25,055 bases of DNA from Thermoproteaceae archaeon (GTDB lineage: Archaea; Thermoproteota; Thermoprotei; Thermoproteales; Thermoproteaceae): the NCBI GenBank assembly GCA_020833025.1, contig JAJHRB010000019.1, positions 1 to 25,055 of the forward strand. The letters are read 5' to 3'. Positions 16,691 to 25,055 of the stretch are shown one piece after another. The notes beneath the pieces were generated by a model. The model worked only from the letters and a program-made list of their open reading frames with translations, was not told the DNA's origin and ran no database searches. Numbering within the stretch: the stretch's first letter is position 1; each line of letters starts with the position of its first letter. The translations under genes and the position numbers were made by a program.

Positions 16691-18216
16691 TTTACGCCCA
16701 CGCCGACAGCTCGCTGCGCGCCCGCTGCTGGCTCCGCAAGGAGGGCATTATCGTGGACAGAGGCGTGAGGACTGACGTCTGCATAACAGAGGACCTGATG
16801 TATGTTGTAATCGACCCGAAGCTGCCGGACGAGCTCCATAGCGCGCTCCTCCTCCTCATGCTGAGAGGCGCCGTGCCGCCGGACGAGAGAGAGTACCCCA
16901 GGCTGGTCAAGTCGGTGTCCGAGGGGCTGAGGGACCGCTCCGTCTGGTCCCTCTACAAGGACTACAGGGACGTGGTGCACTACCTGCTGGACAGGTGGTC
17001 CGGCGCGCGCGAGTACGCCGGCTACGGCGCCATCGAGGCGCTCATGCGGGATCCCATGCTCACAGAAATAGTAATCCCGCAGCCGGCGGCGCCCGCCGCC
17101 AAGTACACGTACGTGCCGAGGGGCCTCAGGGAGCAGCTGGACTACATCAAGTTCCAGATGGTTGAGCTCGGCCGCTACAGACGCGTTATCGCCGTTCGCA
17201 ACGAGCTCAGGCTCCCCACTAATATTGTCATTCCCGAGCCCCTGATGTACGTGGTTGCGAAGCAGCTGCTGCCCTCGCTCACTATGGACCGCCCCATGCT
17301 CACCAGGGAGGACCAGATCTACAGGGCGAGAATTGCGGCCGACCTCCTCGAATTTAACGTCAACGTGAGGAAGGTCTCGGCCCACCCCAAGCCCTCTGAT
17401 GCGCTCCTGAGGCCCTACGTGGCGAGATCGAGGGCCGCGGAGGGAGCGGGGGCCGAGCCGTACAGGCCCGGGGGGCTCGAGGTGCTGGCGCTGGCCTCTC
17501 TCGTGCTCGAGACGCGGGGCTCTGTTATATTCTCGGGCGGCATGGGCACTGGTAAGACCACGCAGCTAAACCAGCTGCTCTACATGACGCCGCCGTGGTT
17601 CCAGGTTGTTGTGATAGAGCGCGGCGCCCGCGAGATATGGGCCCCCCTCGAGGGCCAGCTGCTCCACATCTCAGTTCCGTCCGAGGACAAGCTGTGGGCA
17701 GCCCTCGACCAAGCCCTCAGGTACGGGACGCTTTTCACGCTGGTAGCGCTGGCAGAGGCCAGGACTCCGCAGGAGTTGAGAACTCTCGTGAACTACAAAC
17801 TCACGGGCCACGGCGCATTAACGACGATACACGCAGACTCGGTGAGGGACGTGCTGCTGCGAATCGCGGAGGCTAGGGCGCCTCAGGAGGGCTTGGATGG
17901 CACACTGGTCATTCAGCTCTCGGCCGCGGGCGGAGTGAGATACGTCAAGGAGGCCAGGGCGGTGATTGCGGGAGGCGGGGAGGTGGAGGTCGCGGACACG
18001 GCGGAGATCACGCCAAGGCTCGCCGACTATGTGAGAGAGGCCTACGGAACCAGCCTCAGGGAGGAGCTCGCCCTCCGCGTCAAGGCCCTCTTGAAGGCCG
18101 CCGGAGTGGACGACCCGCTGGCCGCCAGGAAGGCCATTGTCGAAACGGTCTGGAGCGGCAGAATAGACCTCAAGGCAGCCGTGAGGGAGGAGGCAAGAAG
18201 GTTCGGCTACGGCTAG
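16687..18216 (+). CDS. Type II/IV secretion-system ATPase (TadA/VirB11/ArlI family)
   Basis: DPMLTEI, SVIFSGGMGTGKTT, VVIE, Walker B region LAEAR, His boxes GHGALTTIHA. Confidence 0.88.
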   Translation: MIYAHADSSLRARCWLRKEGIIVDRGVRTDVCITEDLMYVVIDPKLPDELHSALLLLMLRGAVPPDEREYPRLVKSVSEGLRDRSVWSLYKDYRDVVHYLLDRWSGAREYAGYGAIEALMRDPMLTEIVIPQPAAPAAKYTYVPRGLREQLDYIKFQMVELGRYRRVIAVRNELRLPTNIVIPEPLMYVVAKQLLPSLTMDRPMLTREDQIYRARIAADLLEFNVNVRKVSAHPKPSDALLRPYVARSRAAEGAGAEPYRPGGLEVLALASLVLETRGSVIFSGGMGTGKTTQLNQLLYMTPPWFQVVVIERGAREIWAPLEGQLLHISVPSEDKLWAALDQALRYGTLFTLVALAEARTPQELRTLVNYKLTGHGALTTIHADSVRDVLLRIAEARAPQEGLDGTLVIQLSAAGGVRYVKEARAVIAGGGEVEVADTAEITPRLADYVREAYGTSLREELALRVKALLKAAGVDDPLAARKAIVETVWSGRIDLKAAVREEARRFGYG

Positions 18217-18244
18217 GGTTTATCCCCCGCCCCCAACGCCCGGC

Positions 18245-18580
18245 GTGTCCGTTGAGAGACTTGCCATGAGGCGTGGCCTCACGCTGTCAACCGCCAGGTG
18301 GGTGGGGGAGCTCGCGAGAGAGCTCGGCGTGAGCGAGAGGAGGCTCCTCAAGGCAGTGCTGAGGCTCTCCAAGCGCGGCGTGTGGCTCGAGGATGAGGAC
18401 TGGCGCTTTATAGCGCGTTATATCGACCTTTCCAGACACCTCGACGCGGCGGTTAACTACATACTCCGCCGCGTGGCCTCGGGCGCGCAGCCTGCGGAGG
18501 CAGTCAAGGAAGTGCCGGCGGCCCTCGAGAGGGCCAGGCGGCTGGCCCGCGTCGTGGAGATCCTCTCGAGCCTACTCTGA
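18245..18580 (+). CDS. Small helical hypothetical protein, possible HTH
   Basis: 111 aa with VGELARELGVSERRLLKAVLRL, which resembles a helix-turn-helix. Confidence 0.6.
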   Translation: MSVERLAMRRGLTLSTARWVGELARELGVSERRLLKAVLRLSKRGVWLEDEDWRFIARYIDLSRHLDAAVNYILRRVASGAQPAEAVKEVPAALERARRLARVVEILSSLL

Positions 18581-18623
18581 TACTGCTGCCGCAGGGCTCT
18601 TCCGCGCCGGCCCGCCGCCGCGC

Positions 18624-19820
18624 GTGAGGCGCGAGGACTTCTACATCGCCGCAGCGCCGGTGTTTGCCACGTATCTCGGCGTGGTGTCGGGGAGCGAGGC
18701 GCTGAAGTACACGTCCTTCAACACCGCAGAGCTCGACGAGGCGGAGTCCAGGAGGCTCTTCATTGCATCGCTAATGCCGACTCCCTCCACTCACTTCACC
18801 GAGGAGAGGGAGGAGGCCGCCAGGCACTTCGGCTACGCCCTGGCGCAAGAGGAGGCGGGAGTTGACAGGCAGGTCGTCGTTCACTCCTTCCTGGACTCCA
18901 TGAGGGCACTGGCGACGGCGAGAGTAGAGGCCAGGATGCGGCTGTACGAGTCTGTGGCGTCGTCGCTGGGAGCCATGTTCCTGCTTCCCCTGTTCCTTCT
19001 CTTTCTCTGGGCGGTGGGCATTCTCGCGGCAGATCCTGCGCTCCTGCTGGCCCTGATCTTCGGCATTACGGCCGCCATGGCCGGGGCCGCCCTCGCGGTC
19101 TCCCCCATCGACCTCAGCGTGTGGAGGACTTACGAGTGGTCCATCCCGCTGGGGCTTGCCGCAGCTGCGTTAACCGCGCCGCTCAGCCCGCCGGCCGCGT
19201 TTATAGCCTTCGGCGCTGCGACCTTTTTCTGGCTTCGCATCAGGGACAGGCTGTGGTGGTTTGACATACGGCGCGAGGTGCCGCCCATGCTGCGCTCGGC
19301 CGCGGCCATGCTGAAGGAGGGCGCCCCGCCCGACGTGATACTCGCCAGGCTTGTCGGCAGGTTCAGAGTTGCCGCGAGGATCGCGTACGGCTACTTCATA
19401 CCGTCCCGCTACTTCGTCCTGGCAAAGGCGATGTACAGGGCAATTGTCGAGGCCGGAGGCGCCGCGGCGCTGAAGTCCGTGGAGTACATCCAGTCTGTGG
19501 TAGACATTGAGAGCGCCTCGGTGAGGAGGATGGCCAGACAGGCTGCCGCGTACTTCGCGCTGTTCACCGCGGCGGTAATAGTCATTGCGCTCGCGGTGTC
19601 GTTAGCAGCAAAGCAACTCTCAGCGCTCGAGTCGGGCTACAACGTGTTCTTCGCGCCGCCTCCCTACGAGGAGCTCAAGGCGGTCCTGGCCACTGCAATG
19701 TCCCTCGTGGCGGCAAGCTACGTGGCGGTCTTCATGGCGCCCCTCGGCGTGCACCGGTCGGCGCTGCTGGGAGGCGCCGTCGGGCTGGCACTGCAGCATG
19801 CGCTGGGCGCCCTTATGTAG
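18624..19820 (+). CDS. Type IV pilus membrane platform protein (TadC/ArlJ-like)
   Basis: Multiple TM helices alternating with two cytoplasmic segments (RREVPPMLRSAAAMLKEG.P). Located between the TadA-like ATPase and the pilin. Confidence 0.72.
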   Translation: MRREDFYIAAAPVFATYLGVVSGSEALKYTSFNTAELDEAESRRLFIASLMPTPSTHFTEEREEAARHFGYALAQEEAGVDRQVVVHSFLDSMRALATARVEARMRLYESVASSLGAMFLLPLFLLFLWAVGILAADPALLLALIFGITAAMAGAALAVSPIDLSVWRTYEWSIPLGLAAAALTAPLSPPAAFIAFGAATFFWLRIRDRLWWFDIRREVPPMLRSAAAMLKEGAPPDVILARLVGRFRVAARIAYGYFIPSRYFVLAKAMYRAIVEAGGAAALKSVEYIQSVVDIESASVRRMARQAAAYFALFTAAVIVIALAVSLAAKQLSALESGYNVFFAPPPYEELKAVLATAMSLVAASYVAVFMAPLGVHRSALLGGAVGLALQHALGALM

Positions 19821-19868
19821 CCGGCACGCGGGCCCCAAGCCTTTTCCTCCTCCGGCTCCCTCACATCC

Positions 19869-20360
19869 ATGCCGCGGGGCGAAGCCGGCACGAGAGTCAG
19901 AGGCCTCACGACGGTAGAGGCCCTGCTGATAGCGGCTGCGTTCATTCTCGTCGGCGTTATCGGCGTGCTAACATTTCAGGGAATCGGCAAGTCCGCGGCC
20001 GAGGCCCTGAGGGCAGGCGCGATAGTAACGGCGGACAGGGGTGGCTTTGACATCACGATAGAGGTCCTGAACGGCAAGCTCAGCGGGATCTACCTGCAGT
20101 ACGGCCAGTCAGGCCAGTCGCTGGGCCAGGCGCCGCCTGGTCAGTGCGTCGTCGCGCGGAACAATCAAGTGCAGACGGGCGTCACGTCGAGCAGCATAAA
20201 CCCGCCGCTCGTGGCGGGGCAGTCCGCCACGTGCAGGTTTAACGTGGGCCAGCAGCTTCAGCCCGGCGTGCAGTACACCTATGTGGTCTACGCGGTCGAC
20301 GCGTCGAGCGGAAAGGCCGTTCAGGTGGCCAAGGGGGTCGTGACCGTCGGCATATCCTAG
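19869..20360 (+). CDS. Archaeal type IV pilin (class III signal peptide)
   Basis: MPRGEAGTRVRG|LTTVE with Glu at +5, then a hydrophobic stretch ALLIAAAFILVGVIGVLTF and a beta-rich globular domain with 2 Cys. Confidence 0.88.
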   Translation: MPRGEAGTRVRGLTTVEALLIAAAFILVGVIGVLTFQGIGKSAAEALRAGAIVTADRGGFDITIEVLNGKLSGIYLQYGQSGQSLGQAPPGQCVVARNNQVQTGVTSSSINPPLVAGQSATCRFNVGQQLQPGVQYTYVVYAVDASSGKAVQVAKGVVTVGIS

Positions 20361-20400
20361 ACCGCGCCCCAGGCCCGGCGCGCTTTTTTCCCTGAAGTTT
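20316..20400 (+). repeat. Direct repeat copy 1: last 15 codons of the pilin plus terminator
   Basis: GCCGTTCAGGTGGCCAAGGGGGTCGTGACCGTCGGCATATCCTAG ... GCCCGGCGCGCTTTTTT..CTGAAGTTT, matching 21413-21499. Confidence 0.9.
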
Positions 20401-20402
20401 TT
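20373..20402 (+). terminator. Oligo-T terminator after the pilin gene
   Basis: T6 and T5 tracts starting about 24 and 38 nt after the stop. Confidence 0.6.
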
Positions 20403-20605
20403 GCGCGCTGCCCGATGCGGGCGCGGCGCTGCTGTTCGGCAGGGAACGCTCCCCTTCGCGCCTCTGGTACACGCGGCTCAACTGAATCCGCCACGCTCTC
20501 GACATGATCGCCTACAAGATCGCGCTGGGAGTCATGATCAGAGTCCTGGGCCGCGGCCGGGGCTCCGGCCCCTCGCGCATTTAAGCTGCGGCTCTCCCGC
20601 CTCCC

Positions 20606-21157
20606 GTGCCCGCCGACGCTCTGGAGCGCCCCCTGCCGAGGCCCACGGACGCCGCCTACGTCGGGGCCAGGCTCCTCGAGGCGCTCGTGGAGGCCCGCCT
20701 TGCCCTTCGCTTCCTGGAGGAGGGGCTGACGAGAAACGCCGCCGGGAAGGCCTTCCAGGCGTGGAGGGCCCTCCTCGCCGCCCTGCTGAGGCTCGAGCTC
20801 GACAGGCTGAAGGCCCTCGTGAAGGCGGAGGAGGAGCGGAAATGGCTTGAGACAACAGCGGTTCCCCGCGTCCCGACGACGCGAATGCTGCCGCTCTCGC
20901 TAATGCTCGAGAGGGCGGGCCACAACGGCCTGTCCGCATGGACGGAGAGGGCGCTCAACCTCCACGACTACCAGTACCACGGGCCGGACCCGGACATGGC
21001 CCTCTCGAAGTACCGCAGTAGGGAGGAGGCCGCGGGGGCTCTCCTGCTGCTCGTCGAGGAACTGGCAAGGCGCGCCGAGGCGCTCAAAGGGCGCGTGAAG
21101 TGGACCGACGAGCTGGAGAGGGCGCTGGGAGAGGTGAGGCGGGCACTGAGCCGCTGA
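20606..21157 (+). CDS. PaREP1 family protein (HEPN-like fold)
   Basis: LLEALVEARLALRFLEEGLTRNAAGKAFQAWRALLAAL, VPTTRM, LNLHDYQYHGPDP. TATA-like TTTAAG at 20580-20585. Confidence 0.88.
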   Translation: MPADALERPLPRPTDAAYVGARLLEALVEARLALRFLEEGLTRNAAGKAFQAWRALLAALLRLELDRLKALVKAEEERKWLETTAVPRVPTTRMLPLSLMLERAGHNGLSAWTERALNLHDYQYHGPDPDMALSKYRSREEAAGALLLLVEELARRAEALKGRVKWTDELERALGEVRRALSR

Positions 21158-21412
21158 GCCTGCGGCTCACGCCATTTCATGTATTACATGAGAGTCCCGC
21201 CCCTCAGGTCGGGGATCAGATTTCGTTAATTGAATGACCGATGAGCGGCAAGCGCAAGGACATAGGATCTAGGGCAGCTGCTAAGGCGGGAGCCCGACAT
21301 GAGTTACTTAGTGAGGAGGGCCGGGGAGGCCGGCCTCGGCAGAGAGTTAAAAAAAAAAGAAAAGCCGCTGATAAGGAGGGCGTCTCCTGTTCAGCTCCGT
21401 GCGGATCTTGCC

Positions 21413-21499
21413 GCCGTTCAGGTGGCCAAGGGAGTCATGACCGTCGGCATATCTTAGGCCCGCGGCCCCCGAAGCCCGGCGTGCTTTTTTCTGAAGTTT
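21413..21499 (+). repeat. Direct repeat copy 2: orphan pilin 3' end plus terminator
   Basis: 42/45 nt identical to 20316-20360 (encodes AVQVAKGVMTVGIS-stop), followed by GCCCGGCGTGCTTTTTTCTGAAGTTT. Confidence 0.9.
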
Positions 21500-21665
21500 C
21501 GGGTGCTGCCCGGAATGTGGGTGCAGCGCCCGTTTTGGAGGCCCTGGGGGCACGTGAGTGGAGTTGTTGAGATATGCAAGAGCTTGGGGTTCAGAGCGTT
21601 TCTCATCGGCGCTGAGGCCCCGCCGTCTGCCGGGCGAAAAAAATACCGGGAGGTTTCTTGCAGGC

Positions 21666-23093
21666 ATGGGGGCGCTCAAGCCCGCGGGGCTTCCGGCTAG
21701 GTACGTGATTGTTGGGGCTGCGTCTGCGCTGGCAGCGGCTGTGTTCTGGCTTGTCTACACGTGGCCCGTTGCTGTGCAGTACCTGCCCCACTTCAGTGTG
21801 GAGTACAGCAACGGAGTGGGGAGGGCGCTTCAGCTTGAGGTTGTCAACGAGACCGGGCGCCCCGTTGTCTTCTGCGCGACTCTCTACGGCTGGCTGCCGA
21901 ACGGCTCTTTCGCGCAAATCGGCTGGAGGTGCGGAGAGGGCGCCGTCAGCATGGACAAGAGCTCCCTCGACGAGTACTTGAGGCACTTCGCGGGAGTGCC
22001 GGGAGAGGTCGGCGTGATCGCCTTCATCACGTACGTGAGCGGCACAGACAGGAGCGGCAGGCCTGCGCTGGCGAGAAGCGCGGCTGGCTTCACCGTCGAC
22101 CCGAGGGAGGCCCTGAGGAGGGACGCGGTGAGGGTCACGATGAGGGTTAAGAGCAGAGGAGCGCCGCGGCGGCAAGTCGCCGCGGCCAAGTACTCGCTCC
22201 AGTGGCCGCCGCAGCAGATAGACGAGGGGTGCTACGCGGCAGACAACTGGTACGTGTGCTACTACTGGCAGTACGACTACAGCTACGAGACAGCATACCA
22301 CACAAGAATTCCGCTGGCCGCCGTGCGCGTATTTTATGATTATTACAAGTACTACGGCCTAAGGGTCAAGGCATATCTCCAAGTGCAGGGAAGCAACTAC
22401 GTTTATTTCAGGGGCAGTGCCGCAATTAAGTACAAGGGCGTCTCGTCTGGTTACAGTGCTGACATCTTCACCATAACGCTGAAGAACGAAACGGTGTATC
22501 TAGACACAGAAAAGTCCTGGCTATATCCATCCAGGCCGATCATGGCCGCCGTTGGTTTCTACGGCGACTACGCCGTGGCGAGATACAAAGAAATGAAGAT
22601 AGACCCTCTGTGCCCGTCGGGCTGCGAGACTGGATACACGGCAGACGTGTACCTGGCGAGACCCACCTTCCTGCACAACGGCACTATTGAGAAGTTCTAG
22701 GACATCGACAATGCTCCCGACAACGAGTACGGGCTTAGTAGGTTCTTCGTGACCGCTGCTGCAAACTGGGCCTACAAGACTAAGAGTCACGACTATTCAT
22801 TGCTCCTAAAATCTATCGATGTTGTGAGTAGCGTCGGCGGGACCGACTTCTTCGCGCTAGCAATACCGCTGCCCAGCGGCATTCCTGTGGACGCCAAGCT
22901 GACAATTGGCGTGGGGCAGGTACGGCAGACAGTGTCGCTCGCGGCAGCGGGGGCGGCGCTGCGCGAGGCCTACGTGTCCACGCACGACGTGGTGGGCCGG
23001 TACTACACGCCCGGCATTGAGTTCTGGTTGGAGATCGGCGAGTATCCCGTTGGCTCGCTTTACTTAGACGTAAACGCCGTGACGCAGACTTAG
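21666..23093 (+). pseudogene. Secreted/surface protein interrupted by one in-frame TAG (22698-22700)
   Basis: N-terminal hydrophobic anchor or signal (YVIVGAASALAAAVFWLVY). The track ORFs 21558-22700 and 22749-23093 share a frame and the sequence between them is open after the TAG. Tyr-rich and beta-rich. No family recognised. Confidence 0.7.
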
Positions 23094-23102
23094 CACGCGC
23101 TC

Positions 23103-23136
23103 GCGGCAGGAAAAAAAGCCCGTGCTTTTTTGCCGC
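23103..23136. terminator. Bidirectional A7/T6 hairpin terminator between convergent genes
   Basis: GCGGCAGGAAAAAAAGC-CCGT-GCTTTTTTGCCGC inverted repeat. Confidence 0.7.
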
Positions 23137-23159
23137 GCCCTGCTCTGCCCGGCAGCAGC

Positions 23160-24216
23160 TCACCGCGTTAGATTGCGCGCGGCGCAGGCGTCGTGAGCGT
23201 AAAGGCTGACTACGGTGGGCGCGTGCCAGCACATGCAGTCGGGCTCCATCTCAGAGTACGCCACGCAGCCTGGCTTGGAGGCCACCGCGTATACCGAGAA
23301 TGAGAGACTGGCGCGCGGGTCGCGTGCATGCAGCGCCGCTCCCGTGAGCGATCTGCACGAGCCCAGCACGCTGCAGGAGCAGCTGCGCCTCCAGCACCGT
23401 CACTCTTATGATATTACCCGTGTCCTCGCCTCTGTCGTCGCGCTCGGCAAATGTCGCCGCTAACTCACTGCCCTTAACGCCGATTGTGTAAGCTGCTAGG
23501 CCGCCGGGAGATGGGTAGAACACCTCTTCGGCCGAGATCTCTGACGCAACTTGAACTAAAATATAGAGCGACGGGGCTATGCCCCCAGCGCCTATGAGGA
23601 CGGGACAGCGGGCGGGCCCGAAGCCCAGCCTAAAGACAGCGGCCACTGCGTGTATGAACTGCTCGGAGCCTGGCGCTACCCGCACGACCAGCAGCGACAC
23701 CGGGACCTTGTCCACTGTCGTGACGTTCCGGAGCTCCCAGAAGTACCGCCTGGGCTGTACCATCCTGCAGTAGCCTCCCATCAGGACACTTACCCTGACG
23801 CTCTCGCCTGCCGCAAGCCTGTCCGCGTCAACTGCGAAGACCCCGAGGGTTCTGTAGGAGAGGTCCAGGTCTGTTATTAACGCCAGGACTGTCAGGCTTC
23901 TCGCGCGCTGGTCGCGCAACGCAGCTCCGAGTCTCGCCAGGGCCGCGCGTCGAGCGCCGCCTCCCCGAGCCCGCACGCGCCTCCGGGCTTTACAAGAGAG
24001 CCGCTGGGCAGCAGGGCATACAGCGTCGCGCAGAAGGCCGCACCCAGTCGCGTCGACCACCTTCAGCGTCAACAGCCACCCGAGCCCCTTGTAGCAGGCC
24101 ACCGCGGAGTTCCGAGAGTACTCAGTCGCGGTGGGCTGCGCGCAGGCGTGGTAGAGGAGCACGGGCGCCGGAAGGCCGGCGCATCCAAGCGCGATCGCGA
24201 GCCGCGACCTGCGCAT
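23160..24216 (-). pseudogene. Putative secreted protein, possibly frameshifted
   Basis: ATG 24216 lies 12 nt after the previous stop, with signal-like MRRSRLAIALGCAGLPAPVLLYHACAQ. The ORF runs to 23251, while a second frame (23160-23369) looks like an alternative C-terminus. Confidence 0.45.
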
Positions 24217-24227
24217 GGAGCCCGCCC

Positions 24228-24845
24228 TCAAGGAGCCGCGGCCGGGGCCTGCCCCGCCAGCCTCCTCCTCGCGTCGCTCACCGCCGCGGCCAGCAGCACG
24301 AGGGCCGCGACCTCCACTACTATAGTGATAGTGCGCGCCAGAGAGGCGAGCGCGCCTGACGCCAGCAGCAGCGCCCCCGCGGCGGTGAAGAGGCGGGAGC
24401 CGGTGTCGCGGGAGAGCTCCAGCAGCGTGAAGAACAGCACCAGCGTGACTGCCGCGTAGAATATGGGCTCGAATATCAGAACGGCGATGAACATGCCCGC
24501 CATGTCGGCCAGCCTCTCTGCCGTGAGCGCGGCGTAGGTGAACCACGCCGAGAGGGCCAGAGGGGGCGCGGAAGCGACTACCAGGGCCCTCCCGCAGTTA
24601 ACGTACACTTGCTTGCCGAGCGCGGCGCGGAGCCGCCTGAGCGCCCTCTCGGCGAGGAGGCCGCCGCAGAGGAAGGCCGTGGCGAGAGTCCACAGCGCCG
24701 CGGCGGTGGGAACAAAGGAGTTGTACCTCGCGATGAGCGGCACGGAGAGTATCAGCGCGAGGAAGCCCGCGACAGCGAGGACTACAGTCAGCGCGACGGC
24801 GGCTCCGAGCAGCGCGAGCCCGCGCGACGCGTCCGCGGAATTCAC
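24228..24845 (-). CDS. Multi-pass membrane protein, DUF996/DUF973-like
   Basis: About 5-6 hydrophobic helices. C-terminal LLELSRDTGSRLFTAAGALLL resembles the L..L...TG...F..AG pattern I recall for these families. Confidence 0.6.
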   Translation of the reverse strand: MNSADASRGLALLGAAVALTVVLAVAGFLALILSVPLIARYNSFVPTAAALWTLATAFLCGGLLAERALRRLRAALGKQVYVNCGRALVVASAPPLALSAWFTYAALTAERLADMAGMFIAVLIFEPIFYAAVTLVLFFTLLELSRDTGSRLFTAAGALLLASGALASLARTITIVVEVAALVLLAAAVSDARRRLAGQAPAAAP

Positions 24846-24930
24846 GGCTCATGAAGCGCGCGCCGTGCGGCCATTTTAACAATACACACGGCGGCGGCCA
24901 AGCCCTATCAGCCGGCGGGCGGGCCCCAGC

Positions 24931-25055
24931 GTGCGCGCGTTATTTGCCATTGTGGCGCTGGCGGCGCTCGCGCTGGCGCAGTACGTCAGCTGGCACCCTC
25001 CCCACGCCTTTCTAGTGCAGGCCTACCCGCTCAACGCGACTCACCTCGCCGCCTA
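24931..25055 (+). CDS. Secreted protein, N-terminal part (truncated by window end)
   Basis: GTG start, MRALFAIVALAALALAQYVSWHPPHAFLVQAYPLNATHLAA, a classical signal peptide. Frame open to the window end. Confidence 0.65.
   Translation, partial: MRALFAIVALAALALAQYVSWHPPHAFLVQAYPLNATHLAA

Noticed and set aside
21299-21457. 52-codon ORF ending in the duplicated pilin tail as a real second pilin
   Set aside because: It has no class III cleavage motif or hydrophobic helix, and it runs through the A10 tract. Treated as a chance fusion.
22698-22700. Pyrrolysine or selenocysteine recoding of the internal stop
   Set aside because: Sec uses TGA, no pyl genes are in the window, and Pyl is not established in this lineage.
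20360-23140. Integron cassette array (attC sites)
   Set aside because: No paired RYYYAAC/GTTRRRY core sites around the repeats and no integron integrase seen.

Overview
High-GC archaeal window, most likely Thermoproteales (Thermofilum-like). This is inferred from a tRNA with two non-canonical introns, a PaREP1 gene, a Thermoproteales-type CRISPR repeat and leaderless GTG starts. The first ~14 kb is mostly housekeeping: CyaB adenylate cyclase, ATP-dependent DNA ligase, PfkB kinase, NTP-transferase, two paralogous coiled-coil proteins with CdvA-like motifs, Clp1-family RNA kinase, tRNA-Arg(GCG), AIR-synthase-family protein, DUF99, MoaB, LOG-family protein, CPBP protease, a probable GINS subunit, thymidylate kinase and an FAD oxidoreductase. 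The last ~11 kb is accessory: three unknown genes, then a type IV pilus locus (ParA/TadZ-like ATPase, TadA/VirB11 ATPase, small protein, TadC-like platform, class III pilin). The strongest observations are: (1) one 24-nt CRISPR-type repeat with a BRE/TATA-like leader and no array or cas gene, antisense inside the pilus locus; (2) an ~85-bp duplication of the pilin 3' end and terminator that brackets a 1.1-kb PaREP1 segment; (3) a secreted-protein gene split by a single in-frame TAG. All family calls come from motif recognition by eye; no database searches were run.
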